Virus record (IMG/VR): IMGVR_UViG_3300010151_000009
Coordinates: 20,512 to 84,511 of that record
Source of the DNA: a virus
Direction: 5' to 3' (one strand)
DNA length: 64,000 nucleotides
Within the stretch, counting starts at the first letter, position 1; every line of letters starts with the position of its first letter. Positions 49,574 to 59,025 of this stretch are shown piece after piece. The translations under genes were made by a program, and so were the position numbers. The notes beneath the pieces were generated by a model. The model was not told the origin of the DNA, made no database searches, and was given only the letters and a program-made list of their open reading frames with translations.

Positions 49574-49721
49574 ACTAATGAGGTAAGGCATACTCGTAAA
49601 AAACATTACTTGAACAAGAAAGAACACCAACTGTAAGCTTGTAAAATATTGTTCTTATTATAAAGTACTAATAACTGATGTGTAACGACCACGGTTATAA
49701 GTACTTTATTCTTATTAACTT

Positions 49722-50060
49722 ATGAATACTAACTTAAAATTATCACCTATGAAAGATCAATTTAAAGAACTGTATCATAAATCGCTATCAGAATTTGACC
49801 ATGAAAAATCTGATTTACTTGATGTTATGGGCATCAAACAAGAAAGAGCAGAGTATATTAAATCTAAACTTATCGAAATATTAGATAAAGATGTAGAAAG
49901 AGATAACTCTGAACTCTTACAAGAAGCCTTATATGAAGCAGAACCTCAAAATGTTAAAGAGATTCTACTATTAGGATATATGGTAGGAGTATTAGAACAT
50001 ATTGATCAGTACTCCAATGATAATGATAGCAACTATGATTATCGAAATTTTATTTATTAA
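49722..50060 (+). CDS. Hypothetical protein (paralog of 49100..49573)
   Basis: Same shared motifs as 49100..49573. Confidence 0.65.
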   Translation: MNTNLKLSPMKDQFKELYHKSLSEFDHEKSDLLDVMGIKQERAEYIKSKLIEILDKDVERDNSELLQEALYEAEPQNVKEILLLGYMVGVLEHIDQYSNDNDSNYDYRNFIY

Positions 50061-50081
50061 CCAATTAAACATTATTAAATT

Positions 50082-50672
50082 ATGGAAACAAATCAGTTAA
50101 ACACAGGGTCTTTAGAAGACCTAAAACCAGGACAAACTTTATTAGTTAATGCAAGAGAAGTAAAAAATGGAAAAATCCATTTAGAATTTGCAGAAGTTAT
50201 TAAAAGTGGATCCCAACCAACAAACGTCTTATCATTATTAAATAAATCTGATGAAAGATTCAGTTCAAATGCAAGACGCGCGTGGGTAACTGCAGAACCA
50301 ATTGATGCAACCGAATACTTTGGTGTAGATTTTGGAGAAAGAGCAGAATGGTATATGTCAGACAAAGGAAATATCCTTGACTTGAATATATTAAATCCTA
50401 CAATGAATGGCGAAAGATGTAGATTATTAATCTCTGAAACTACTGAAGCAACAGAATGGCAAAATGCTAATCTAAAAACTGCAGCTAAAAGAAGAGGTAA
50501 AGAAGGAGATTACATAACACATCAAGGTGCATATGTATTTAGTAATACAAGTATCATACTTAGTAAAGAAGAAGATACTTCTGAATTACATACTTTCCTT
50601 CAATCTGATGTTGAAGCAATTCAAGTAGCTCAACCAATCAAAGAGTTAGCAGATATTGACTCAATGATGTAA
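50082..50672 (+). CDS. Conserved hypothetical protein upstream of polA (possible ssDNA-binding fold)
   Basis: 196 aa; RRAWV, AAKRRGKEGDYITHQGAYVF; acidic tail. Confidence 0.55.
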   Translation: METNQLNTGSLEDLKPGQTLLVNAREVKNGKIHLEFAEVIKSGSQPTNVLSLLNKSDERFSSNARRAWVTAEPIDATEYFGVDFGERAEWYMSDKGNILDLNILNPTMNGERCRLLISETTEATEWQNANLKTAAKRRGKEGDYITHQGAYVFSNTSIILSKEEDTSELHTFLQSDVEAIQVAQPIKELADIDSMM

Positions 50673-50833
50673 AAGCACACTTACCTGTGTGAATAAATGT
50701 AAGATGTATATATAATAACTAATTTCATAACGGTTAGTTTATTATATATACTCTTATATTTATCTAAATTTGGGGTCAAGATCTCGATAAAACAGACTCA
50801 GGCGAAGCCGTTAATAAACTAAACTTAATTAAT

Positions 50834-52708
50834 ATGATACATTTTATAGATAAAACTTCAGAATACACAGTAGAAGATGTAGCAGAGTTTTTAGCTAAAA
50901 CCAAACAATCCGTGTTTGGAGTAGATACCGAAACAGAAGGATTAGATTTTACAAAAGATAGACTAATTATGTTTCAAATCGGAAATGAACATGCACAATT
51001 TATAATAGATGCAAGACAAGTCAGTCTAGAGCCTTTAAGAAATATACTTGAAGATAAGAAAGTAATTAAAATATTTCATAATGCTAAATTTGACTATAAA
51101 TTTATCAAACAAAATACTAATATTGTTTGTGAGAATATTTATGATACATATCTTGTAGAATTAATAAATAATTGTGGGAAAGGACTTAAACATAATCTTC
51201 ACGAAGTATGTAAAAGACATTTAAATGTAGAGTTAGATAAAACAAATAGATTAACATTTGTAGATTATGGAGATAAACCATTTACTCAAGGTCAAATAAT
51301 TTATGGAGCTGAAGACATAGAATATTTATGTAAGATCAGAGAAAAACAATTAATTCATACAAAGAAGAATAAACTAGAAGCAGTAGTTGACCTTGAAAAT
51401 GAAGCAACATTAGCCTTTGCAGATATAGAATACAATGGATTAAATTTAAATCAAGACGATTGGATAGAATTAGAAGGAGTAAATACTTTAAAAGCAGAAG
51501 CTTTACTTATTAATTTAGATGAAGAAATAACAGAAGATTCTAGATTAACTAAGTTTATATCTAAATATATACAAGGAGATATATTTACACCTGTAGAAGA
51601 TCTTAGAAAAATAAATGTCAAATGGACATCACCGAAACAAGTGTTAAATGTGTTTCAAACCTTAATACCTAAGTTACAGAATGTTAACAGTAAAGATATG
51701 TATAAATATAGAAACAAGTTTTCAATTATAGATACATATATACAATACAAAGAAGCAATGAAACTATGCACTTCGTATGGTAAATCATTCTTTAATAACT
51801 TAAGTGCAGATAATAAAATTCATACCAATTTTCATCAGATACTCGATACAGGACGGGTAAGCTCTTCCAAACCAAATATGCAGCAGATACCTGCTGACAA
51901 TAAGTTTAGGAATTGCTTTACTGCGCCACAAGGATGGAGTTTTGTCTCAGCTGATTATTCTTCACAAGAATTAAATGTCATAGCTTTTGGCTCGAAAGAT
52001 CCAGTTTGGATAGCAGCTTTGAAGAACGGCGAAGACTTACACTCCACATGTGCTGAATTAGTATACGGTGAGAAATGGTTAACCAGTGCTCAAGATGATT
52101 GCAATTACCTTAAACGTAAAGGTAAGTGCAATTGTCCCGCACATAAAAAACTTAGAACAAATGTTAAAACAATTAATTTTGGTCTTGCTTATGGGATGGG
52201 TCCTAATAAGCTTGCTGATACTCTTAGTATATCATTGGACGAGGCTAAAAAACTTATTAAAAAGTATTTTACTGCGTTCCCTGCGATTCATAGTTTCTTG
52301 GAGAAATTAGGAAACTTTGGTAAAAAGTATGGATATATTAAAACATTTCCTCCTTATAACAGACGCCGGTGGTTTACTACTTGGTATCCAAAAATTTGGA
52401 ATAATAAATCTTCAATGATGGAGCTTGGAAGTATTGAACGTGCATCTAAAAATACACCTATACAAGGTGCATCGGCCGATATGACTAAGCTTGCATTAGT
52501 AATGATGCGTGAACTTATTAAAGATTTAGATTTACCCGTTAAATTAATTATGACTGTACATGATCAAATCGATACAGTATGTAAAAATGATTTTATTGAG
52601 AAATGGTCAGAATTAATGAAGATTACAATGGAACACTCAGCTGAAGTAATTGTTACAAATGGCTTGTTAAAAGCAGAAGTAACAGTAAGTGATTGCTGGG
52701 AAAAATAA
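50834..52708 (+). CDS. polA: DNA polymerase family A with 3'-5' exonuclease
   Basis: Exonuclease: VDTETEGLD, HNAKFD, YGAEDI; polymerase: TGRVSSSKPNMQQIP, ADYSSQEL, KTINFGLAYG, NTPIQGASADMTK, VHDQI. Confidence 0.95.
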   Translation: MIHFIDKTSEYTVEDVAEFLAKTKQSVFGVDTETEGLDFTKDRLIMFQIGNEHAQFIIDARQVSLEPLRNILEDKKVIKIFHNAKFDYKFIKQNTNIVCENIYDTYLVELINNCGKGLKHNLHEVCKRHLNVELDKTNRLTFVDYGDKPFTQGQIIYGAEDIEYLCKIREKQLIHTKKNKLEAVVDLENEATLAFADIEYNGLNLNQDDWIELEGVNTLKAEALLINLDEEITEDSRLTKFISKYIQGDIFTPVEDLRKINVKWTSPKQVLNVFQTLIPKLQNVNSKDMYKYRNKFSIIDTYIQYKEAMKLCTSYGKSFFNNLSADNKIHTNFHQILDTGRVSSSKPNMQQIPADNKFRNCFTAPQGWSFVSADYSSQELNVIAFGSKDPVWIAALKNGEDLHSTCAELVYGEKWLTSAQDDCNYLKRKGKCNCPAHKKLRTNVKTINFGLAYGMGPNKLADTLSISLDEAKKLIKKYFTAFPAIHSFLEKLGNFGKKYGYIKTFPPYNRRRWFTTWYPKIWNNKSSMMELGSIERASKNTPIQGASADMTKLALVMMRELIKDLDLPVKLIMTVHDQIDTVCKNDFIEKWSELMKITMEHSAEVIVTNGLLKAEVTVSDCWEK

Positions 52709-53054
52709 TAACATTAAAATAAATAATATGGATAAGAAATTAGTAGAAGCTTTTGTAGCTGAAATAAAACAAATGAAAATGTTAAATGAAATGTATAAAG
52801 CAAATATCATTGAATTTGATAACTATTTTAAATATAGTGGGAAAACAGAACCACCAAAATTAAAAGTAGAAACTGTTAGTACTACCCCAATGATTTATAA
52901 AGTTAGTAAATACGATCATATGGTTATTGACTATTATTTTAAGAATTCTGACACTAAACTAACAACTATTGCAGAAGACTTAGGAATAAATGTTTCACTA
53001 GTACGTAAAATCTTAAATAATTATTTTGATAATTTAAAACATAATAAAAAATGA
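52689..53054 (+). CDS. Protein with C-terminal HTH
   Basis: LTTIAEDLGINVSLVRKIL; true start probably the MDKK ATG at 52728. Confidence 0.55.
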   Translation: MIAGKNNNIKINNMDKKLVEAFVAEIKQMKMLNEMYKANIIEFDNYFKYSGKTEPPKLKVETVSTTPMIYKVSKYDHMVIDYYFKNSDTKLTTIAEDLGINVSLVRKILNNYFDNLKHNKK

Positions 53055-54226
53055 TAATAACTTTAAAAATGAAAAGTAATGAAGCAAAAACAACAGAACA
53101 AAAAAGAGCGCTTAATTCGTGGGCTCGGAATAAGTTCCGGGGTACTATTATTGCTGGCACTGGTTTTGGGAAATCTAAGTGTGGTATTTTGGCCACTGAT
53201 CATGTGCTCAACAATAATCCTAGCGCTAAAATTCTTATACTAGTACCTACCACTCAATTGCAAGATCAGTGGAAAGATGAATTTCATAAATGGAATTTAT
53301 CTGAATGTCTAGATAACGTTGAACTTTTATGTTATCAGAGTGCATATAAATTGCAAGGTGAGAAGTATGATTTAGTAATATGTGATGAGATACATTTAGG
53401 ATTAAGTACAGAATACCGTAAGTTTTTTCAAAACAATGCGTTTGATAAACTTTTATGTATGACAGCTACTTTACCTGAAGAGCCTGAATATCAACAAAAA
53501 TTACATATATTAGCACCAACTGTTTACAAAATCAGTTTAGATCAATGTGTAGCACTTGGTATTGTATCTCCTTATGAAATATATTGTTTTCCAGTAACTT
53601 TAACTACTCAAGAAAGAGCAGATTATCTTACTATTAACAATAGATTTGTAGCTTGTAAATATGCTTTAGGCGCATTTGATGCATTTAATGAGGCTAAAAG
53701 ATTACTAGGAGATGGAAGCGCAGACCCTGCGGATAAAGCAGTAGCAGCTCAATTTTATAAAGCTATACGAGAGCGTAAAGCAATTGTAGACTTTGCAATA
53801 AATAAAGTTGAGATGTTTAAAAAGTTAGTTCTTACTAATACAGATAAAAGAATACTAGCATTTAGTGGAGCAAATGATTTTACAGATCAATTATGTAAAG
53901 CAGTTACTCCTCTTGCTAAATCTTATCACAGTAAAATAAGTAAGAAAGAACGAGAAAAGTCTTTAGAGTCTTTTAGAGATGGTACAATAAATGTACTATG
54001 CTCAACCAAAGCTTTGAATCAAGGATTGGATGTACCCAATGCTAATTTAGGTATTATATGTGGATTAACAAGTAAATCATTATCCATGATTCAAAGAGTT
54101 GGAAGACTTATTAGATTTGAAGAAGGCAAAACTGGACGTGTATACATTCTTTATGTGAAAGATAGTCAAGAAGAAAAATGGCTTAAGAACTCTGTTAAGG
54201 GTTTAAATAACATAAAATGGATGTAA
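53051..54226 (+). CDS. Superfamily 2 DEAD/H helicase
   Basis: GTGFGKS, DEIH, MTAT, LNQGLDVP, QRVGRLIR. Confidence 0.9.
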   Translation: MIITLKMKSNEAKTTEQKRALNSWARNKFRGTIIAGTGFGKSKCGILATDHVLNNNPSAKILILVPTTQLQDQWKDEFHKWNLSECLDNVELLCYQSAYKLQGEKYDLVICDEIHLGLSTEYRKFFQNNAFDKLLCMTATLPEEPEYQQKLHILAPTVYKISLDQCVALGIVSPYEIYCFPVTLTTQERADYLTINNRFVACKYALGAFDAFNEAKRLLGDGSADPADKAVAAQFYKAIRERKAIVDFAINKVEMFKKLVLTNTDKRILAFSGANDFTDQLCKAVTPLAKSYHSKISKKEREKSLESFRDGTINVLCSTKALNQGLDVPNANLGIICGLTSKSLSMIQRVGRLIRFEEGKTGRVYILYVKDSQEEKWLKNSVKGLNNIKWM

Positions 54227-54267
54227 AAATTAATTAAATAAAAGATTTGTATTATGAAAAAAATTAG

Positions 54268-54275
54268 TATATTTG
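54268..54275 (+). promoter_or_regulatory. Bacteroidota-type -7 box (TATATTTG)
   Basis: TAnnTTTG in the intergenic gap, with TTTG at 54246-54249 upstream. Confidence 0.55.
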
Positions 54276-54315
54276 TACAAATGTTCTGTTCGATTATAAA
54301 ATTTTCTTTTATACT

Positions 54316-54867
54316 ATGAAAGTAGAGATAGATTTTCAACTGCTAATAACAACAGGGATGAGCGCTGATGACTATCTCTACTTATACATAGTCCATAGAA
54401 AAGGATTTAATTATTTAGAGCAACTCAATCTTAAACCAGATTTAGACAGATTACAAGAAGAGGGGTACATTAAGCTCGGTCAAACACCTGCTAATCATAC
54501 AATTAGACAAGAATTTATAGATTTATTTTCTTCTAATTTTGATCAGATGTTTGCTGAGCTTGTTGGTACCTACCCTATGAAAGTAACTTCTCCTGGTCGA
54601 GGAGTCAGAGTTTTACATGCTAAAGATCCAGATGCTAAAGCAAATGAAAAATGTAAAAAAAGATATTATAAAATCGTAAATGATAAGCCTCATATACATA
54701 GACATATTATCAATTGTTTAGATAATCAGCTTAAAGTTGAACGAGATAATCTTGGCTTTTTACAAAATTTAGAAACTTGGATTAATAACTATACTTGGGA
54801 AAAGTATGAAAACTTAGACGAAAATGACACAAGAGAAACTACTCACAGAATCACCCGATCCCTTTAA
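54316..54867 (+). CDS. Putative replication initiator / helicase-loader-type protein
   Basis: N-terminal winged-helix-like part; FAELVGTYP and LETWINNYTWEKY patterns; immediately upstream of dnaB. Confidence 0.55.
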   Translation: MKVEIDFQLLITTGMSADDYLYLYIVHRKGFNYLEQLNLKPDLDRLQEEGYIKLGQTPANHTIRQEFIDLFSSNFDQMFAELVGTYPMKVTSPGRGVRVLHAKDPDAKANEKCKKRYYKIVNDKPHIHRHIINCLDNQLKVERDNLGFLQNLETWINNYTWEKYENLDENDTRETTHRITRSL

Positions 54868-55771
54868 AGACCGTGGATTTAAAAGCATTAATAAAGCTAT
54901 TAGCGCTTCTTTACACCAGGTTTCTGCTGGAATGCAGGGTAAAAGACTCGTATATCCAACTAGTTGGAAACGATTAAACAAGAATCTTCTTGGCGGATTA
55001 CAGCCAGGCAAGATGTATGTAATAGCTGGTAGACCCGGAGTGGGTAAATCAGCATTTAGTAATCAACTAATCTTTGACTTATTAGATAAGAATCAATTTA
55101 AAAAATTACTTGTTTTATATTGGAGTTTTGAAATGCCAGGATATCAACAGATACTCCGTGCAGGCTCAAAAGGATCAGGAAAACAAGTAAGTGAACTACT
55201 TTCAGTAGAACGCAAGTTAGAAAATGAAGCTTATCAAAAATTTAAAGAAGAAGTTCTTAAATACGCTCATTATCCAATTTTCTTTAATAATGTACCTAGA
55301 AATATGGAATTTATTAAAGAAGCTAATGTAGATGTAACTAACAAAAAACCGGATCATACTATTATTAATGTATTTGATCACTCACGTTTGATATTAAGTA
55401 ATAAAGAACAAGAGTTACAAAAACTTAATGATGTAAGTAAAGGATGTATGTGGTTACAATCTAAAATGGGAGTAATAAACATTTTAATATCACAATTAAA
55501 TAGAAACATAGAACAAGAACACAGAGCTAAGGCACAATATCAACCATTACTAACTGATTTATTTGGTGGTGATAGTATTGGCCAAGATGCTCACGTAGTT
55601 ATGATGATACAACGACCTTATGATTTATATGGAATTACAGATCTATATTGTGATGAGGATCCAATAGGATTATTAGCTATACACATTGAAAAGAATAGAG
55701 ACGGTTTACTTGGGATGATACCATTTGAAGCAGACATGTCAACATTCACTATTAACGAACGTAAAAAATAA
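54824..55771 (+). CDS. dnaB: DnaB-like replicative helicase
   Basis: AGRPGVGKS, SFEM, DH, SQLNR, DSIGQDAHVV, KNRDG. Confidence 0.9.
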   Translation: MTQEKLLTESPDPFKDRGFKSINKAISASLHQVSAGMQGKRLVYPTSWKRLNKNLLGGLQPGKMYVIAGRPGVGKSAFSNQLIFDLLDKNQFKKLLVLYWSFEMPGYQQILRAGSKGSGKQVSELLSVERKLENEAYQKFKEEVLKYAHYPIFFNNVPRNMEFIKEANVDVTNKKPDHTIINVFDHSRLILSNKEQELQKLNDVSKGCMWLQSKMGVINILISQLNRNIEQEHRAKAQYQPLLTDLFGGDSIGQDAHVVMMIQRPYDLYGITDLYCDEDPIGLLAIHIEKNRDGLLGMIPFEADMSTFTINERKK

Positions 55772-55776
55772 AAATT

Positions 55777-55986
55777 ATGTCAAAAGAAAGAGCAATAGAA
55801 ATTTGTAAAAATTTAACAGGAACAATTGATAAAATGCCAGATAAGAGAAGTATACTTAGACACAATGAACTCTTAAATCCTAATTCGATTTTTGATAGAG
55901 CGTCAGTAAAGAAATCAACTCTGGTAAATATGAAAAAAAAATTAATAACAAAATATAAATTAACTAAAAAAGAACTAAATGAGTAA
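55777..55986 (+). CDS. Hypothetical protein
   Basis: 69-aa basic ORF. Confidence 0.55.
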   Translation: MSKERAIEICKNLTGTIDKMPDKRSILRHNELLNPNSIFDRASVKKSTLVNMKKKLITKYKLTKKELNE

Positions 55987-56137
55987 AAAGAAAGGTAAAA
56001 CAAATATGAAACTATCACTTTTAAATGAATTAAATACTATAGATAAACGAGTAAAAAGATTTAAAAATGATGAAGAGAAGATATCTCAATTAATGTCTAG
56101 AAGAGACACAATACGAACCAAATTAAAAACCAAATAA
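55979..56137 (+). CDS. Small basic coiled-coil protein (52 aa)
   Basis: Translated by hand: MSKKKGKTNMKLSLLNELNTIDKRVKRFKNDEEKISQLMSRRDTIRTKLKTK; its stop abuts the next ATG. Confidence 0.5.
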   Translation: MSKKKGKTNMKLSLLNELNTIDKRVKRFKNDEEKISQLMSRRDTIRTKLKTK

Positions 56138-56836
56138 ATGGAATTACCAACAATAAAGGTAAAGGCTAGCCGTAAATCGCCTAAGAACATGATATTATAT
56201 GGAGCTCCTAAAATTGGGAAAACTACAGTATTATCACAATTAGATGATTGTTTAATTATTGACTTAGAAGAAGGTTCTGATATGGTTGATGCTTTAAAGG
56301 TTAAAGTAACAAACTTAAAAGAACTTGAAGAAGTTGGTAGAATGATTATTAAGAAGGGAAAACCATATAAATATGTAGCTATTGATACTATATCTAAATT
56401 AGAAGAATGGTGTGAATCATTAGGTAAAGAAATTTATATGAAAACTCCTATGGGTAAAAACTTTGATACTAAGAACCCAGGTATGTCAATTTTATCACTG
56501 CCAAATGGCGCAGGCTATCTTTATTTAAGAATGGCCTATAAAAAATGGATAGACAGATTGAATTTACTAGCGGATCATATTATCTTAGTTGGACACTTAA
56601 AGGATAAGATGCTTGAAAAGAAAGGAAAAGAGGTTGCTGTTAAAGACCTTGATTTAACTGGTAAAATTAAGCAAATTACTTGTGCCAATTCTGATGCTGT
56701 TGGTTATATATATAGAGATGGAGATGAAACTATGGTTTCGTTTGATTCTTTAGATGATATAACTGCTGGTAGTAGATGTGCGCACTTAAAAGGTAAGACC
56801 ATGCCTTTAGAATGGTCAGAAATATTTATTGATTAA
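56138..56836 (+). CDS. AAA_24 / Sak4-like ATPase
   Basis: YGAPKIGKTT, IIDLEEGS, AIDTISKLE, GAGY, LVGH. Confidence 0.8.
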   Translation: MELPTIKVKASRKSPKNMILYGAPKIGKTTVLSQLDDCLIIDLEEGSDMVDALKVKVTNLKELEEVGRMIIKKGKPYKYVAIDTISKLEEWCESLGKEIYMKTPMGKNFDTKNPGMSILSLPNGAGYLYLRMAYKKWIDRLNLLADHIILVGHLKDKMLEKKGKEVAVKDLDLTGKIKQITCANSDAVGYIYRDGDETMVSFDSLDDITAGSRCAHLKGKTMPLEWSEIFID

Positions 56837-56854
56837 CTACTTAAAACTTAAAAA

Positions 56855-57217
56855 ATGATTGAAGTTAGAGAACAAACAAATGGAGAGGCAGTTCCACAAA
56901 CAACGCCACAAAGAATTACTACTACTATGATTTTAGATGATTTAAATAATGGTATTGGTAGAGATGGTATTAAAACAAAATATGGATTAGAAACTTGGGA
57001 AGTAACTCAAATGTTTCAACATCCTACTTTAAAAGGTAAGAAAGCTAAGAAAATTAGAAAATTATCTTTCGAATTTGTAGATGATACAGAAACTGATGCA
57101 TTTGATGAAAATGCTGTAGATCCAAATCAAACTAGTATTCCAGTACCTGAAGAACTAGAAAGTTTTGATGACGATGAAGAAGATGATGATGAAAACGAAT
57201 TTAGTAACCAGTATTAA
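56855..57217 (+). CDS. Hypothetical protein with acidic tail
   Basis: 120 aa; HTH-like N-terminal half, D/E-rich C-terminus. Confidence 0.6.
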   Translation: MIEVREQTNGEAVPQTTPQRITTTMILDDLNNGIGRDGIKTKYGLETWEVTQMFQHPTLKGKKAKKIRKLSFEFVDDTETDAFDENAVDPNQTSIPVPEELESFDDDEEDDDENEFSNQY

Positions 57218-57235
57218 CAATTAAAAACAATAAAA

Positions 57236-58024
57236 ATGGCAATACAAAGTAATGCAAGTACCGAAGAGGTAATGGGATCAGGATTAACTTTATTTTCTGG
57301 TCTAACAAATGCGTCTGTAATAGCAGTGAATCCAACGATGGCTGAATTACATGCGTTAGAAATTAATGTAAAACAGGAACCAAATTATAGTGTAACTATT
57401 GGAAGTGAAGATTATAATAAAGTTGTATTTTGGTTAAAGACTGAAGATACTGCTGTAAGATTAGAAGTATTAATGCAGAATAAAACAAGACTTTCTCAAA
57501 ATGGTAAACATCAATGGATAAATAACATTGGTCAAGCTACTTGGTCAGAAGACTCACCAACATATGATTGGTGGAGAGCTGAAGGACAAAGAAAAGGTTA
57601 TGTAGGTGAAGAAACACTTATTAACTTTACTAAAGCTTGGGCTAATGTAGCTTCTGGAGATGAAGTATCTTTTGAGACTATAGCTAAAATTGCTGCAGGA
57701 GATATAGCAGAAGTTAAAGCATTAGTTTCAGTCTTAAAAGATAACTGTGTTAGAGTACTAGTAGGTGTTAAAGATGATAAATACCAACAAGTATATACTA
57801 AGCATTTTGGTAGAATTAAACCACAAAGAGATGATCTATTTATAAAAGCTTTAAATGATGATTATGGTTCATTTAATGCTGATTTTAATGCTGATCTAGT
57901 GTGGGGTACACATAAACCAACTGCTGAATTAATTACTCCTGATACTATTGGAGAGGATGATGACTGGACAATGCCTGATACTCCTCAAAATGAAAGCAAG
58001 AAAACTGAAGAAGCTCCATTTTAA
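57236..58024 (+). CDS. Putative single-stranded DNA-binding protein (crAss-type)
   Basis: VIAVNPT..EL, acidic tail ending EEAPF; located between the Sak4-like ATPase and primase. Confidence 0.6.
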   Translation: MAIQSNASTEEVMGSGLTLFSGLTNASVIAVNPTMAELHALEINVKQEPNYSVTIGSEDYNKVVFWLKTEDTAVRLEVLMQNKTRLSQNGKHQWINNIGQATWSEDSPTYDWWRAEGQRKGYVGEETLINFTKAWANVASGDEVSFETIAKIAAGDIAEVKALVSVLKDNCVRVLVGVKDDKYQQVYTKHFGRIKPQRDDLFIKALNDDYGSFNADFNADLVWGTHKPTAELITPDTIGEDDDWTMPDTPQNESKKTEEAPF

Positions 58025-59025
58025 TGGCTATTAAGAGCAGGAGCAGTGAAGATCACTTACATACAGATGTCATACTTGGTAAAATTACCGAGTATGACAT
58101 TTTTAAGTATTATTGTCCAAACTTTAAAGAACTAAAGAAACTATTTAAAAGTGATTTACGTGTAGATAAAAAACCTACAGTAACTATTACTCCTTATAAT
58201 GGTCGGTTATTATATAAAGATTTCGCAAATAGTGATCATAGTTTTCATTGTTTTGATTATATAATGATGAAATATTCATGTTCTTTTTTTGATGCTATGC
58301 GAATTATTGATTGTGATTTTAATTTAGGTTTAGGTTCTTCCAAAGACGGAATTAAATTTACTATGGGATATATGGCATATAGACAAAACAAAGTTCCTAA
58401 ATATGAAGAAGCTCCTGCAATAATTAAAAAGAAAGCACGACAATGGTCGAACCAAGATGCGAAATTTTGGGGGAAATATTTGGTTAGTAAGAAAATACTC
58501 ACTAAATTTGCAGTCGAACCAATAAGTCATTTCTGGGTTAATAACAACAGATTTACGTGTAAATCAATTACTTATGCCTTTAAATTCAAAAATCGATATA
58601 AAATCTATTCTCCTTATGATGAGAAAATCAAATGGTTAAGCAATACAAAAAAAACAGATGTACAAGGCTATAACCAATTACCTAAAGTGGGTAAAAAGCT
58701 TATTATCACCTCATCTCTTAAAGATGTTATGTGTTTATATGCCGCTGGCTATAATGCTATTGCATTACAAAGCGAAATGCAAATACCTGATAAGAAGCTA
58801 ATAAGTGAGCTAACAGAACGATTCAATACAATAAACATTTTATACGATAATGATTTTGAGAAGACAAATAACCCGGGTCAAACAATGGCCAAGAAAATTT
58901 GTGACTTATACGGTTTCAAAAACGTCTGCTTGCCTGACAAATTCAAATCTAAGGACCCTTCTGATTTGGTTAGCAAGGTAGGTAGTTTTAATGAACTTAA
59001 AATTATATTAAATGACACGAGATGA
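58024..59025 (+). CDS. DNA primase (TOPRIM)
   Basis: SDLRVDKKPT, YKDFA, IITSSLKDVMCL, LYDND, KDPSD. Confidence 0.85.
   Translation: MAIKSRSSEDHLHTDVILGKITEYDIFKYYCPNFKELKKLFKSDLRVDKKPTVTITPYNGRLLYKDFANSDHSFHCFDYIMMKYSCSFFDAMRIIDCDFNLGLGSSKDGIKFTMGYMAYRQNKVPKYEEAPAIIKKKARQWSNQDAKFWGKYLVSKKILTKFAVEPISHFWVNNNRFTCKSITYAFKFKNRYKIYSPYDEKIKWLSNTKKTDVQGYNQLPKVGKKLIITSSLKDVMCLYAAGYNAIALQSEMQIPDKKLISELTERFNTINILYDNDFEKTNNPGQTMAKKICDLYGFKNVCLPDKFKSKDPSDLVSKVGSFNELKIILNDTR

Noticed and set aside
38487-55771. Introns or inteins in terL, polA and dnaB
   Set aside because: The ORFs are continuous and of ordinary length, with no intein splice motifs or homing endonuclease seen.
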